DNA of 24,000 bases from an uncultured Melioribacteraceae bacterium (GTDB lineage Bacteria > Bacteroidota > Ignavibacteria > Ignavibacteriales > Melioribacteraceae), in contig CAZKKI010000013.1 in assembly GCA_964553325.1 (NCBI GenBank), forward strand, positions 2,189 through 26,188, read 5' to 3'. The position numbers were made by a program, and so were the translations under genes. Positions 1-8,669 of the stretch are shown here, piece after piece. The notes under the pieces are model-generated. The model searched no databases. It saw only the letters and a program-made list of their open reading frames with translations, and was not told where the DNA came from. Numbering within the stretch: the stretch's first letter is position 1; each line of letters begins with the position of its first letter.

Positions 1-77
1 CGGGAAAGTGGAATTATAGTTCATTTAATAGTATATTTTTCGTCAAAATTGAGAACTAGTTTAACAAAGGATTAAAA

Positions 78-836
78 TTGAGCGAAAACGTTAAAGTAGC
101 ATTGGTAACCGGAGGCACGCGGGGAATCGGTCGTGCAATTGTTAAAGAATTGGCAACGAACAAATCTTTGGTTGGCGATTGTATTGTGGCATTTACCTTC
201 AGAAGTTGCGAGGAATGTGCTGAAAGTTTGGTTAAAGAAATCGAAGAAACCGGTAACAAAGCGGTTGCGTACAAAACCGACGCCGCATCGTTCGACCAAG
301 CGAAAGATGTGATTGAGAAAATAATAAAAGAATTCGGCAGATTGGATTTTTTAGTGAACAATGCGGGAATAACAAAGGACAACTTGTTGCTTAGAATGTC
401 CGAACAAGATTTTGACGATGTTATTAATACGAATTTGAAAAGCGTTTTCAATTATACGAAAAACTCCGCACGGCAATTTATAAAACAACGATACGGCAGA
501 ATAATAAATATAACATCGGTTGTGGGTATCATCGGTAATGCGGGGCAAGCAAATTATGCGGCATCGAAAGCGGGAATAATAGGATTCACCAAATCCACAG
601 CAAAAGAATTGGCTTCCAGAAATATTAATGTTAACGCTATTGCCCCGGGTTTTATTCAAACCGAAATGACCGATAAATTAAACGAAGCTCAAACAAAAAC
701 ACTTTTAGAAAATATACCGCTGAAAAGAATGGGCACTCCGGAAGATATTGCCGGGGTTGTATCGTTCCTTTGCAGTCCGCTTGCCGATTATATTACCGGT
801 CAAGTTTTGGCTGTTGACGGCGGAATGGTAATGTAA
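78..836 (+). CDS. fabG: 3-oxoacyl-[acyl-carrier-protein] reductase (short-chain dehydrogenase/reductase family)
   Basis: 252-aa ORF. Carries the Rossmann motif VTGGTRGIG, the NNAG motif, and the catalytic Ser...YAASK (YxxxK) arrangement. The TTG start at 78 lies 6 nt after AAGGA (67-71). It sits directly upstream of acpP and fabF. Confidence 0.9.
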   Translation: MSENVKVALVTGGTRGIGRAIVKELATNKSLVGDCIVAFTFRSCEECAESLVKEIEETGNKAVAYKTDAASFDQAKDVIEKIIKEFGRLDFLVNNAGITKDNLLLRMSEQDFDDVINTNLKSVFNYTKNSARQFIKQRYGRIINITSVVGIIGNAGQANYAASKAGIIGFTKSTAKELASRNINVNAIAPGFIQTEMTDKLNEAQTKTLLENIPLKRMGTPEDIAGVVSFLCSPLADYITGQVLAVDGGMVM

Positions 837-879
837 ATAAGTTAATCGTTTTTCCATAAACAAAATACGGAGACATAAA

Positions 880-1119
880 ATGGATGTTGAAGCTAAAGTT
901 AAAGAAATAATAATGGATAAGTTGGGAGTTGAAGAATCGCAAATTACTCCCGAAGCATCATTTACAAACGACTTGGGTGCGGATTCTCTCGATATAGTTG
1001 AACTGGTAATGGGTTTCGAATCCGAATTTGATATTTCAATTCCGGATGAGGACGCCGAAAAAATTTCAACTGTTGGTGATGCGATTAAATATTTGCAAGA
1101 GAAAACCGCCAATTCGTAA
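880..1119 (+). CDS. acpP: acyl carrier protein
   Basis: 79-aa acidic ORF with the canonical phosphopantetheine attachment site LGADSLD. An ACGGAG Shine-Dalgarno sequence lies upstream of the ATG. Flanked by fabG and fabF. Confidence 0.95.
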   Translation: MDVEAKVKEIIMDKLGVEESQITPEASFTNDLGADSLDIVELVMGFESEFDISIPDEDAEKISTVGDAIKYLQEKTANS

Positions 1120-1131
1120 TTGACACCTCAA

Positions 1132-1186
1132 TTAAGAGGGTTTCCACTTTGGAAGTTTCCGCTTCGAATTCGGGTAACCCTCTTAA
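1132..1186 (+). promoter_or_regulatory. Structured acpP-fabF intergenic element; candidate mRNA processing, stability or attenuation hairpin
   Basis: TTAAGAGGGTT (1132-1142) is the perfect reverse complement of AACCCTCTTAA (1176-1186), giving an 11-bp stem around a 33-nt interior. The interior contains a small TCCA-CTT-TGGA hairpin and overlapping TTCGAA/GAATTC palindromes. No T-run follows, so it is not a classical intrinsic terminator. Confidence 0.4.
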
Positions 1187-1221
1187 AGGATTTCTAATAA
1201 CAAACATTTCTCGGAGTTATA

Positions 1222-2463
1222 ATGAGAAGACGAGTTGTTGTAACCGGAATGGGCGCGGTAACGCCAATTGGAAATACACTCGAAGAATATTGGGAAGGTT
1301 TAAAGGAAGGAAGAAACGGAGCGAATTTAATAACCCGTTTCGATACAAGCGAATTTAAAACCAAATTTGCATGCGAAGTAAAAGACTTCGATGCTTCGAA
1401 ATACATCGATAAAAAAGCTTTGAAAAGAATGGACCCGTTTACGCATTTTGCTCTTTCCACGGCAATTATGGCGATGGAGGATTCCGGAATAAATTTGGAC
1501 GAAGTGGACAAGGAAAGATTCGGTGTGGTTTACGGAAGTGGAATCGGGGGGATGGACACGTTCGAAACGCAAATGAGAAATTTATACGAAGGCGGTCCGA
1601 GAAAAATCAGCCCGTTTTTCATTCCGATGATGATCTCGGATATTGCTGCGGGACATATATCGATTTACTACGGATTGAAGGGACCGAACTATGCAACAAC
1701 ATCGGCTTGTGCCACGTCGTCGCATGCAATTGGAGACGCGTTTTTCTTAATTCAACGCGGTTCAGCCGATTTAATAGTTTGCGGAGGTGCCGAAGCGTCG
1801 ATAACTCCAATGTCCATCGGTGGTTTTAACGCCGCTCGCGCAATTTCCACATGGAACGACAGGTACAAAGAAGCTTCCCGTCCGTTCGATAAAGACAGAA
1901 ACGGTTTTGTAATGGGTGAAGGTTCGGGTACATTAATATTGGAAGAATACGAGCATGCCAAGAAACGCGGTGCGAAAATATATGCGGAAATGGTAGGTGT
2001 AGGATTTACCGGCGATGCTTTCCATATTACGGCACCGGCTCCCGAAGGAGAAGGCGCGGCGCGTTCGATGAGAGAAGCAATTAGAGATGCCGGAATTCAA
2101 CCCGAAGATGTGGATTACATCAATGCGCACGGTACTTCAACCGAATTGAACGATAAGAACGAAACCATCGCAATTAAAACCGTGTTCGGTCAACATGCAT
2201 ACGATATGGTTGTAAGTTCCACCAAATCCATGACGGGTCATTTGCTTGGCGCGGCGGGCGCTGTCGAATCCATCGCTACTGTATTGGCGATTAAAAACGG
2301 TATAGTGCCGCCCACAATTAATCTCGATGAACCGAGTCCCGAATGCGATTTGAATTATGTTCCTAAAAAAGCAATTGAACGCGCTATTAAATATGCGATA
2401 AGTAACACGTTCGGGTTCGGCGGACATAACGCATCGTTATTATTTAAAAAGTATGAAGGTTAA
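1222..2463 (+). CDS. fabF: 3-oxoacyl-[acyl-carrier-protein] synthase II (KAS II)
   Basis: 413 aa. Has the active-site Cys in ACATSSHAIG, the His motifs HGTST and GHLLGAAG (the Cys-His-His triad of elongating KAS), and a C-terminal NTFGFGGHN. A GGAG Shine-Dalgarno sequence precedes the ATG. Confidence 0.93.
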   Translation: MRRRVVVTGMGAVTPIGNTLEEYWEGLKEGRNGANLITRFDTSEFKTKFACEVKDFDASKYIDKKALKRMDPFTHFALSTAIMAMEDSGINLDEVDKERFGVVYGSGIGGMDTFETQMRNLYEGGPRKISPFFIPMMISDIAAGHISIYYGLKGPNYATTSACATSSHAIGDAFFLIQRGSADLIVCGGAEASITPMSIGGFNAARAISTWNDRYKEASRPFDKDRNGFVMGEGSGTLILEEYEHAKKRGAKIYAEMVGVGFTGDAFHITAPAPEGEGAARSMREAIRDAGIQPEDVDYINAHGTSTELNDKNETIAIKTVFGQHAYDMVVSSTKSMTGHLLGAAGAVESIATVLAIKNGIVPPTINLDEPSPECDLNYVPKKAIERAIKYAISNTFGFGGHNASLLFKKYEG

Positions 2464-2466
2464 TAA

Positions 2467-3252
2467 TTGTCTTTTTCGTTAATCGATAAGCTGAAAGATA
2501 TTTTATCGTTAAAAAATATTTCCACGCCTAAAAAAATCAATCACGAAAAGATTATAATGGGTATCCAACAATTGGTTGGGTACCCGATTAAAAACAAAGA
2601 GCTTTTTCTCCAAGCTCTGGCACACCGTTCTTATGTAGAAACTTTCTCCGATATTTTGAAATCGAACGAACGCTTGGAATTCCTCGGCGATTCGATTCTC
2701 GGTTTTATTGTCGGTAAATTTTTATTTGAAAATTTCCCCGAAGAAAACGAAGGTTTTTTAACAAAATACCGTTCTTATTTTGTTAATAAAAACGCTTTGG
2801 CAAAGACCGCAAAGGAAATGGAACTTGAGAAATTGGTTTTGTATAATAAACGTTTTATTAAACCCGATTCCGAAGGTTTGAATACAGTTTTAGCCGATTG
2901 CCTTGAAGCCTTAACGGCAGCAGTCTATTTCGAAGCTGGAATGGATAAAACGGAAGAGTTCGTTAGAAAATGGATAATCTATCCGCACTTCGATCAAACT
3001 AAAAATTTTGTTGATACGAATTATAAAGGTCAACTTCTCGAATACTCGCACGCTCATAAAATTACACCGCCCGTTTACAGAATATTAAAAGAAGAAGGTC
3101 CTGCTCACAGAAAAAAATATGTTGTTCAGGTTAAAGTCGGAGAAAATATTATCGGTATCGGTGAAGGAAACAATAAAAAAACGGCAGAACAACGTGCCGC
3201 AAAAGAAGCTTTCCTAAAATTAAAATCGCAAGAAAACCCGCAAAATAATTAA
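2467..3252 (+). CDS. rnc: ribonuclease III
   Basis: Carries the RNase III signature ERLEFLGDSIL and a C-terminal dsRNA-binding domain (KGQLLEY...KKTAEQRAAKEA). The TTG start at 2467 is 3 nt after the fabF stop. An alternative ATG lies at 2557. I favour the long N-terminus because it resembles Bacteroidota-type RNase III leaders. Confidence 0.88.
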   Translation: MSFSLIDKLKDILSLKNISTPKKINHEKIIMGIQQLVGYPIKNKELFLQALAHRSYVETFSDILKSNERLEFLGDSILGFIVGKFLFENFPEENEGFLTKYRSYFVNKNALAKTAKEMELEKLVLYNKRFIKPDSEGLNTVLADCLEALTAAVYFEAGMDKTEEFVRKWIIYPHFDQTKNFVDTNYKGQLLEYSHAHKITPPVYRILKEEGPAHRKKYVVQVKVGENIIGIGEGNNKKTAEQRAAKEAFLKLKSQENPQNN

Positions 3253-3258
3253 TAATTA

Positions 3259-3278
3259 TCCCTTCCGGGAAAGTTTTT
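3259..3278 (+). terminator. weak candidate intrinsic terminator after rnc
   Basis: A short TCCC-TTCC-GGGA hairpin (only 4 bp) is followed by GTTTTTA, just downstream of the rnc stop. The stem is too weak for a confident call. Confidence 0.25.
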
Positions 3279-3348
3279 ATTCAACTTTTATGTAAATTTG
3301 AAGTTAAGTTATTCGAAATAATTGTGTTCATTTCGCAAGGATTCTTTT

Positions 3349-6243
3349 ATGAAAAAATTTGAATTTACCGACAAATTCATCAACCGTCATATCGGTCCGG
3401 ATGAAAGTGAAATCAATGAAATGCTTGAAGAAATCGGTGTTTCCGGCTTAGATGAATTAATTTCAAAAACAATTCCGGGTAATATCAGAACGGGGAAAAA
3501 GCTGTCGCTACCCGAACCTTTAACGGAACACGAAATTTTGGAAGACTTAAAAACACTTGCTTCGCAAAATAAAATATTCAAATCTTATATCGGAATGGGC
3601 TATTACGATACTGTTACACCCGCTGTTATAGTTAGAAACATTTTGGAAAATCCGGGCTGGTACACCCAATATACACCTTATCAATCGGAGATTTCACAAG
3701 GAAGAATGGAAGCGTTGTTGAATTTTCAAACAATGGTATCGGATTTAACGGGATTGCCGTTGGCGAATGCTTCTTTATTGGATGAAGCCACCGCCGCCGC
3801 CGAAGCAATGGGAGTGTTTTACAATGCAAGAAAAGGCAGAAAGAAAAACGCTAATGTCTTTCTTGTGGACAAAAATATTTTTCCACAAACACTCGACGTA
3901 TTAATCGGCAGAGCAGAGCCCAAAGGTATTGAAGTTAAAATTATTGATGAGAGAAATTTCGAGTTGACCGATGATGTTTTCGGGTTATTGATTCAATACC
4001 CCGATGGTAACGGAGAAATTAAGAATTTCCGGCACCTTTTAGAAAATGCGACCGAAAAAGGAATTTTTAAAGCCGTTGCATGCGATTTAATGAGTTTGAC
4101 GCTTCTGACGCCGCCAGGTGAATTGGGCGCGGATGTTGCGTTGGGCTCAACGCAAAGATTCGGGCTTCCACTGAGTTACGGTGGTCCCCACGCCGCATTT
4201 TTTTCAACCACCGAAAGTTTCAAGAGATTAATCCCCGGTAGAATTATTGGCGTTTCCGTCGATACAAGAAACCGTTTCGCGTATCGCATGGCATTGCAAA
4301 CGAGGGAACAACATATTAAACGCGAACGGGCAACAAGCAACATTTGTACGGCTCAAGTATTGCTTGCCATTATGTCGGGAATGTACGCGGTTTATCACGG
4401 AGCGGAAGGTTTAATAAAAATTGCAAGAAGAATTAACTTGTTGACAAATTACCTTGATATAAGCTTAAAAAATATAGGATTCAACCAATTAAACAAATGG
4501 TATTTCGATACTTTACGTATTGAAATGAATGATGCCGCAGCGGTTGAAAAATTAAAAAGGGAATCGCTTGATAAAGGAATTAATTTTAGATATTTCGATG
4601 GAAACGTAGTAGGAATTTCGATAAACGAAACTACAACGGAATCCGATGTCGACGAAATAATCGATTTGTTTTCTCTTGCCGGAGGAGTAAACATTAACGA
4701 GAATCTTAGGAATGAGTTGAAATCAAAAGCTGAAGTTTTTCTGCCGGAAGATTTGAAAAGGAAAACGAAATTTTTAACGCATCCTGTTTTCAATAAATAT
4801 CATACCGAAACCGAGATGATGCGGTACATAAAAAATTTGGAAAGGAAAGATTTATCTTTAACCACATCTATGATTCCGCTCGGTTCTTGTACAATGAAAT
4901 TGAATGCGGCTGTGGAATTGTTCTCCTTGTCGTGGAGGGAATTCGGAGGAATTCACCCGTTCGTTCCCATAGAACAGGCAAAAGGCTATCAAACGGTAAT
5001 TGAAAGATTGGAAAAATATCTTGCTGAAATTACAGGGTTCAGCGCGGTAACATTACAACCTAATTCCGGCGCTCAAGGCGAGTTTACCGGTTTGATGATT
5101 ATACGCAAATACCATATTTCAAACGGTCAACCGCAAAGGAATGTTATTCTGATTCCGTCTTCCGCGCACGGTACGAATCCGGCAAGCGCCGTTATGGCGG
5201 GCAATAAAGTTGTAATTGTAAAATGCGACGAAAACGGAAATATAGATTTGGAAGATTTGAGAAATAAGGCGGAACAGTATAAAGAAAACTTGGCAGGGTT
5301 TATGGTAACTTATCCTTCCACGCACGGAATTTTTGAAGAAGATATTAGGGAGATGACCGACATTATTCACGAATACGGCGGTTTGGTTTATATGGACGGT
5401 GCAAACATGAACGCCCAGTTGGGTTTGACCACACCGAAAGATATTGGAGCGGATGTTTGTCATTTGAACTTGCATAAAACTTTTGCGATACCGCATGGCG
5501 GTGGCGGACCGGGTGTCGGTCCTGTTGCTGTTACCGAAAAATTAGTGGAGTTTTTACCGGGTCATTCCGTTATCGATATCAATAGAAAAAATTCAATCCA
5601 TGCGGTATCGGCGGCTCCGTGGGGAAGTGCACACATCGTTTTGATTTCTTATGCGTTTATCAGAATGACCGGTGCGGAAGGATTAAAAAAGGTAGCACAA
5701 ATATCGATTCTTAACGCGAATTACATTAAGGCAAAACTGGAAAAATATTTTAAGGTTTTGTATAAAGGTAAAAACGGATTTGTGGGCCACGAATTAATTT
5801 TCGATACCCGTGAGTTTAAACAATCCGCTTCCGTCGATGTTATCGATATTGCCAAAAGAATGATGGATTACGGATTTCACGCGCCCACGGTCTCGTTTCC
5901 CGTACCCGGAACATTAATGGTTGAACCGACCGAAAGCGAATCCAAATATGAATTGGACAGGTTTTGTAAAATGATGATTTCAATATGGAATGAAATTCAA
6001 GAAATTATAAACGGCTCGGCGGATATGAAGGATAACGTCTTGGTTAATTCTCCGCATACCGCTATCGATATTGTTGGCGAATGGAATCACCGATATTCCA
6101 GAGAGAAAGCTGTTTTCCCCGCGGAATGGTGCAAGGAAAATAAATTTTGGCCGCCGGTAAACAGAATAGACGATGCATACGGCGACCGGAATCTGGTCTG
6201 TTCTTGCATACCCGTTGAAGAATACGAAACTGAAAGCGTATGA
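3349..6243 (+). CDS. gcvP: glycine dehydrogenase (decarboxylating), single-chain P-protein of the glycine cleavage system
   Basis: About 964 aa from the ATG at 3349, with an AAGGA Shine-Dalgarno sequence at 3336-3340. The N-terminus FINRHIGP matches GcvP. The PLP-lysine motif HLNLHKTF is present. The length fits the fused alpha/beta form. The ORF track's upstream start at 3322 is probably spurious. Confidence 0.93.
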   Translation: MKKFEFTDKFINRHIGPDESEINEMLEEIGVSGLDELISKTIPGNIRTGKKLSLPEPLTEHEILEDLKTLASQNKIFKSYIGMGYYDTVTPAVIVRNILENPGWYTQYTPYQSEISQGRMEALLNFQTMVSDLTGLPLANASLLDEATAAAEAMGVFYNARKGRKKNANVFLVDKNIFPQTLDVLIGRAEPKGIEVKIIDERNFELTDDVFGLLIQYPDGNGEIKNFRHLLENATEKGIFKAVACDLMSLTLLTPPGELGADVALGSTQRFGLPLSYGGPHAAFFSTTESFKRLIPGRIIGVSVDTRNRFAYRMALQTREQHIKRERATSNICTAQVLLAIMSGMYAVYHGAEGLIKIARRINLLTNYLDISLKNIGFNQLNKWYFDTLRIEMNDAAAVEKLKRESLDKGINFRYFDGNVVGISINETTTESDVDEIIDLFSLAGGVNINENLRNELKSKAEVFLPEDLKRKTKFLTHPVFNKYHTETEMMRYIKNLERKDLSLTTSMIPLGSCTMKLNAAVELFSLSWREFGGIHPFVPIEQAKGYQTVIERLEKYLAEITGFSAVTLQPNSGAQGEFTGLMIIRKYHISNGQPQRNVILIPSSAHGTNPASAVMAGNKVVIVKCDENGNIDLEDLRNKAEQYKENLAGFMVTYPSTHGIFEEDIREMTDIIHEYGGLVYMDGANMNAQLGLTTPKDIGADVCHLNLHKTFAIPHGGGGPGVGPVAVTEKLVEFLPGHSVIDINRKNSIHAVSAAPWGSAHIVLISYAFIRMTGAEGLKKVAQISILNANYIKAKLEKYFKVLYKGKNGFVGHELIFDTREFKQSASVDVIDIAKRMMDYGFHAPTVSFPVPGTLMVEPTESESKYELDRFCKMMISIWNEIQEIINGSADMKDNVLVNSPHTAIDIVGEWNHRYSREKAVFPAEWCKENKFWPPVNRIDDAYGDRNLVCSCIPVEEYETESV

Positions 6244-6632
6244 TGGATTATTGTAAAATTCTTAAGGAAACTAAAACAATCGCCGTTGTAGGTATTTCGC
6301 GCAATCCTTACAAAACGAGCCATTCGATTGCTCAGTTTCTGAGACGAGTCGGTTATACGGTTTACGGTGTTAATCCGAATATGGATAGAGAAATTGAAGG
6401 TATTAAAGTTTACAAAAGTTTAAGGGATATAGACGGTAAAATTGATATTGTAAATGTGTTTCGCCGTTCGGAAGATATTCCGGAAATTATCGATGACGTT
6501 TTGGCCGTTAATCCCAAAGTTTTATGGTTACAACTGGGAATTCAAAACGACGTAGCGGTTAAGCCGGTGAAGGAGAAGGGAATAATTACAATTCAAAATA
6601 CTTGCATAATGGTTGCTTATAATTCATGTTGA
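6240..6632 (+). CDS. CoA-binding domain protein (YccU/YneT-like)
   Basis: 130 aa. The pattern KTIAVVGISRNP...YGVNPN...VYKSL...IDIVNVFRRSE...LWLQLG is typical of the small CoA-binding (Rossmann-like) family. Its ATG overlaps the gcvP TGA stop (ATGA). Confidence 0.75.
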   Translation: MMDYCKILKETKTIAVVGISRNPYKTSHSIAQFLRRVGYTVYGVNPNMDREIEGIKVYKSLRDIDGKIDIVNVFRRSEDIPEIIDDVLAVNPKVLWLQLGIQNDVAVKPVKEKGIITIQNTCIMVAYNSC

Positions 6633-7972
6633 ATATTACAAATTCAAAATATAATAGAATAAAACATTTTTTGTTGTTCGTATTGTTGTATCTGTTGTTT
6701 GCATCCGACGGTAAAGCGCAAAGCGCGGAACAACACGGGAAAAAACAACATACAATTAAAATTGATTCCATTCAAATTGTCGGGAACGAAACGACAGAGG
6801 ATTTTATTATTCTGCGCGAGCTCACATTTAAAAAAGGCGATTATGTTTCACAAAAAGATTTGGATTATAACAGAGAACGTGTTTATAGCTTGGGATTGTT
6901 CAACAAAGTGAATTTTTATTTGTTAGGTAATACACTTACCATTATGGTTGAGGAAAGTTGGTACATTTATCCGATACCGTTTTTCTATTGGCGTGAAAAC
7001 ACATTGGCTAAATCAACTTACGGAATTTCACTTTTATATAAAAATTTTAGAGGTAGAAACGAAACTGTAACCGCTTTGGCGGCTTTCGGTTACGACCCGA
7101 ATTACATGGTTTCGTATTATAATCCGGTTGTTTCGGAAAAATTTAATTTGAGTTTCAGTTTTGGATTGTTCTATAATAATTTTGTGAATAAAAGTTATCA
7201 AGCGGAAATAAATTACGGAAAATCGTTTAGCTATAAAAGTTACGGTGGTTATTTGGGAATTGGAAAAAGATTCAATCAATTCAACGATGTGTTTTTGTTC
7301 GGAGGTTTCAGTTATGTGGAAGCGCCCGCAGTAATTAAAGGATTCAATGCATCCGACGGAAGGATTGACCGGATGCCGTATTTTACGGTTCAATATGTTT
7401 TTGATAACCGCGATTTGAAGCAATTCTCGAAAGAAGGGTTATTTACAAAACTGGAATTTTCACACAAAGGTTTTTACGCTAAAAATATTAATTATAACGT
7501 AGTGAGTTTGGATTTTAGGGAATACAGGAACTTACTGAATACGTTTACAATCCGTTGGCGTTTGGCTTCACGTATGACTTTCGGCAAGAAAATTCCGTTC
7601 TACGATTATTCATTTCTCGGTATTGGTGAATTCATCCGCGGTTATATTTCGAAGGACAGGGAAGGTCATAATATGATTCTTGGTTCGGTTGAAGTTGCTT
7701 ATCCGTTATTGGAAGAATGGCATTTGAAACTTAAGTTACCTTTGTTACCGGAAAGCCTGACTTCCACAAGAATTGGAATTAACTTAAGTTTGTTTGTAGA
7801 CAGCGGAACGACATTTAATAATAGGGAAAAACTCGGTTTCGAAAAATTCGATACAGGTTTCGGAATAGGATTGACAATTTTATTCCTTCCGTTTAATGCC
7901 GTAAGATTCGAATATGCTTTCAATGAAATGTTTATTGGCGAATTTATTTTGGGTACCGGTTTTGCTTTCTAA
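6626..7972 (+). CDS. Omp85/BamA-family outer-membrane protein (surface antigen D15-like) with an apparently single POTRA domain
   Basis: 448 aa. Has an N-terminal signal peptide (hydrophobic core, then GKA-QS) and one POTRA-like segment (IKIDSIQIVGNETTEDFIILRELTFKKGDYV...LGLFNKVNF). The rest is aromatic- and Gly-rich beta-strand sequence ending in the OMP beta-signal ...GTGFAF. It overlaps the upstream gene by 7 nt. Confidence 0.75.
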   Translation: MLNITNSKYNRIKHFLLFVLLYLLFASDGKAQSAEQHGKKQHTIKIDSIQIVGNETTEDFIILRELTFKKGDYVSQKDLDYNRERVYSLGLFNKVNFYLLGNTLTIMVEESWYIYPIPFFYWRENTLAKSTYGISLLYKNFRGRNETVTALAAFGYDPNYMVSYYNPVVSEKFNLSFSFGLFYNNFVNKSYQAEINYGKSFSYKSYGGYLGIGKRFNQFNDVFLFGGFSYVEAPAVIKGFNASDGRIDRMPYFTVQYVFDNRDLKQFSKEGLFTKLEFSHKGFYAKNINYNVVSLDFREYRNLLNTFTIRWRLASRMTFGKKIPFYDYSFLGIGEFIRGYISKDREGHNMILGSVEVAYPLLEEWHLKLKLPLLPESLTSTRIGINLSLFVDSGTTFNNREKLGFEKFDTGFGIGLTILFLPFNAVRFEYAFNEMFIGEFILGTGFAF

Positions 7973-8669
7973 TATTGAGCTTTATTACGCCTCTCCGGAA
8001 AACATCGACGGAAATCGTATTAAATTGGTAGACGAAGAGTTCCGGCATGCGGTAAAAGTAATGCGTAACAGAACGGACGATGAAATTTACGTAACCGATG
8101 GGATTGGAAATGTTTACAGAACTAAAATACTTCGGGTATTAACCGGTGAACTTGAATTAGCAACTGTCGAAAAAACATTTTACCAAAATTTACTGGAAAA
8201 TTTCACATTATGCATTCCGCGTTTGAAAAATCCGGGCAGAATGGAATTTGCGTTGGAGAAGTCGGTCGAATTCGGATTTACAAAATTTATAGTGTTCGAA
8301 AGCGAACGCACTGTTGCAAAGGGCGAAAAAATCAAACGTTGGGAAAAAATTCTTGTTGCCGCTATGAAACAATCGCTTAGAAGTCATTTGCCCGAAATCA
8401 AATATGAATCGAATTTAAATAATTTAGATAAAAATAGTACGAAAATTATTTTCGAACAAAATGCCGGGGTTTCTTTTACGCAATATCTGAACTCGATAGA
8501 CAAGAATAAAAAGACTTATTTGTTATTCGGCCCCGAAGGCGGATTTTCCGACAGGGAATTGGATGGCTTCGAAAAAAAAGTTATGGTAAAACTTAATAAA
8601 AACAGATTACGCTCCGAAACGGCAATAGTTTCCGCCGCATCTTTGTTAAGCAATTATTTCGACAGTTAA
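7962..8669 (+). CDS. rsmE: 16S rRNA (uracil1498-N3)-methyltransferase
   Basis: The N-terminus (LYYASPENI...EEFRHAVKVMR) resembles the RsmE PUA-like domain. The C-terminal SPOUT motifs LLFGPEGGFSDRE and LRSETA are present. The start is uncertain: in-frame TTG at 7962, or ATG at 7914 or 7923. All three overlap the 3' end of the Omp85 gene. Confidence 0.75.
   Translation: MLSNIELYYASPENIDGNRIKLVDEEFRHAVKVMRNRTDDEIYVTDGIGNVYRTKILRVLTGELELATVEKTFYQNLLENFTLCIPRLKNPGRMEFALEKSVEFGFTKFIVFESERTVAKGEKIKRWEKILVAAMKQSLRSHLPEIKYESNLNNLDKNSTKIIFEQNAGVSFTQYLNSIDKNKKTYLLFGPEGGFSDRELDGFEKKVMVKLNKNRLRSETAIVSAASLLSNYFDS

Noticed and set aside
156-221. Five-residue insertion and a Cys cluster (GDCIVAFTFRSCEEC) in the first alpha/beta unit of FabG
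   Set aside because: All catalytic and cofactor motifs are intact. The insertion lies in a surface loop that varies among SDRs. The cysteine spacing matches no metal-binding motif I recognise. This is within normal family variation.
56-451. 131-aa - strand ORF overlapping fabG
   Set aside because: It lies entirely antisense to a strongly supported fabG gene and is low-complexity Ser/Leu/Asn-rich with no motifs.
1149-1358. 69-aa + strand ORF spanning the acpP-fabF spacer and the 5' end of fabF
   Set aside because: It is out of frame with fabF, whose N-terminus (RRVVVTGMGAVTPIG) is canonical. The ORF has a non-ATG start inside the hairpin element and a basic, low-complexity product.
3253-3348. 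Possible glycine riboswitch upstream of gcvP
   Set aside because: The spacer is only 96 nt and AT-rich. It lacks the conserved glycine-aptamer core segments (GGAGAG...CACCG / CTCTGGAGAG...ACCGAAGGGGCAA type). Only a weak hairpin plus T-run is present.
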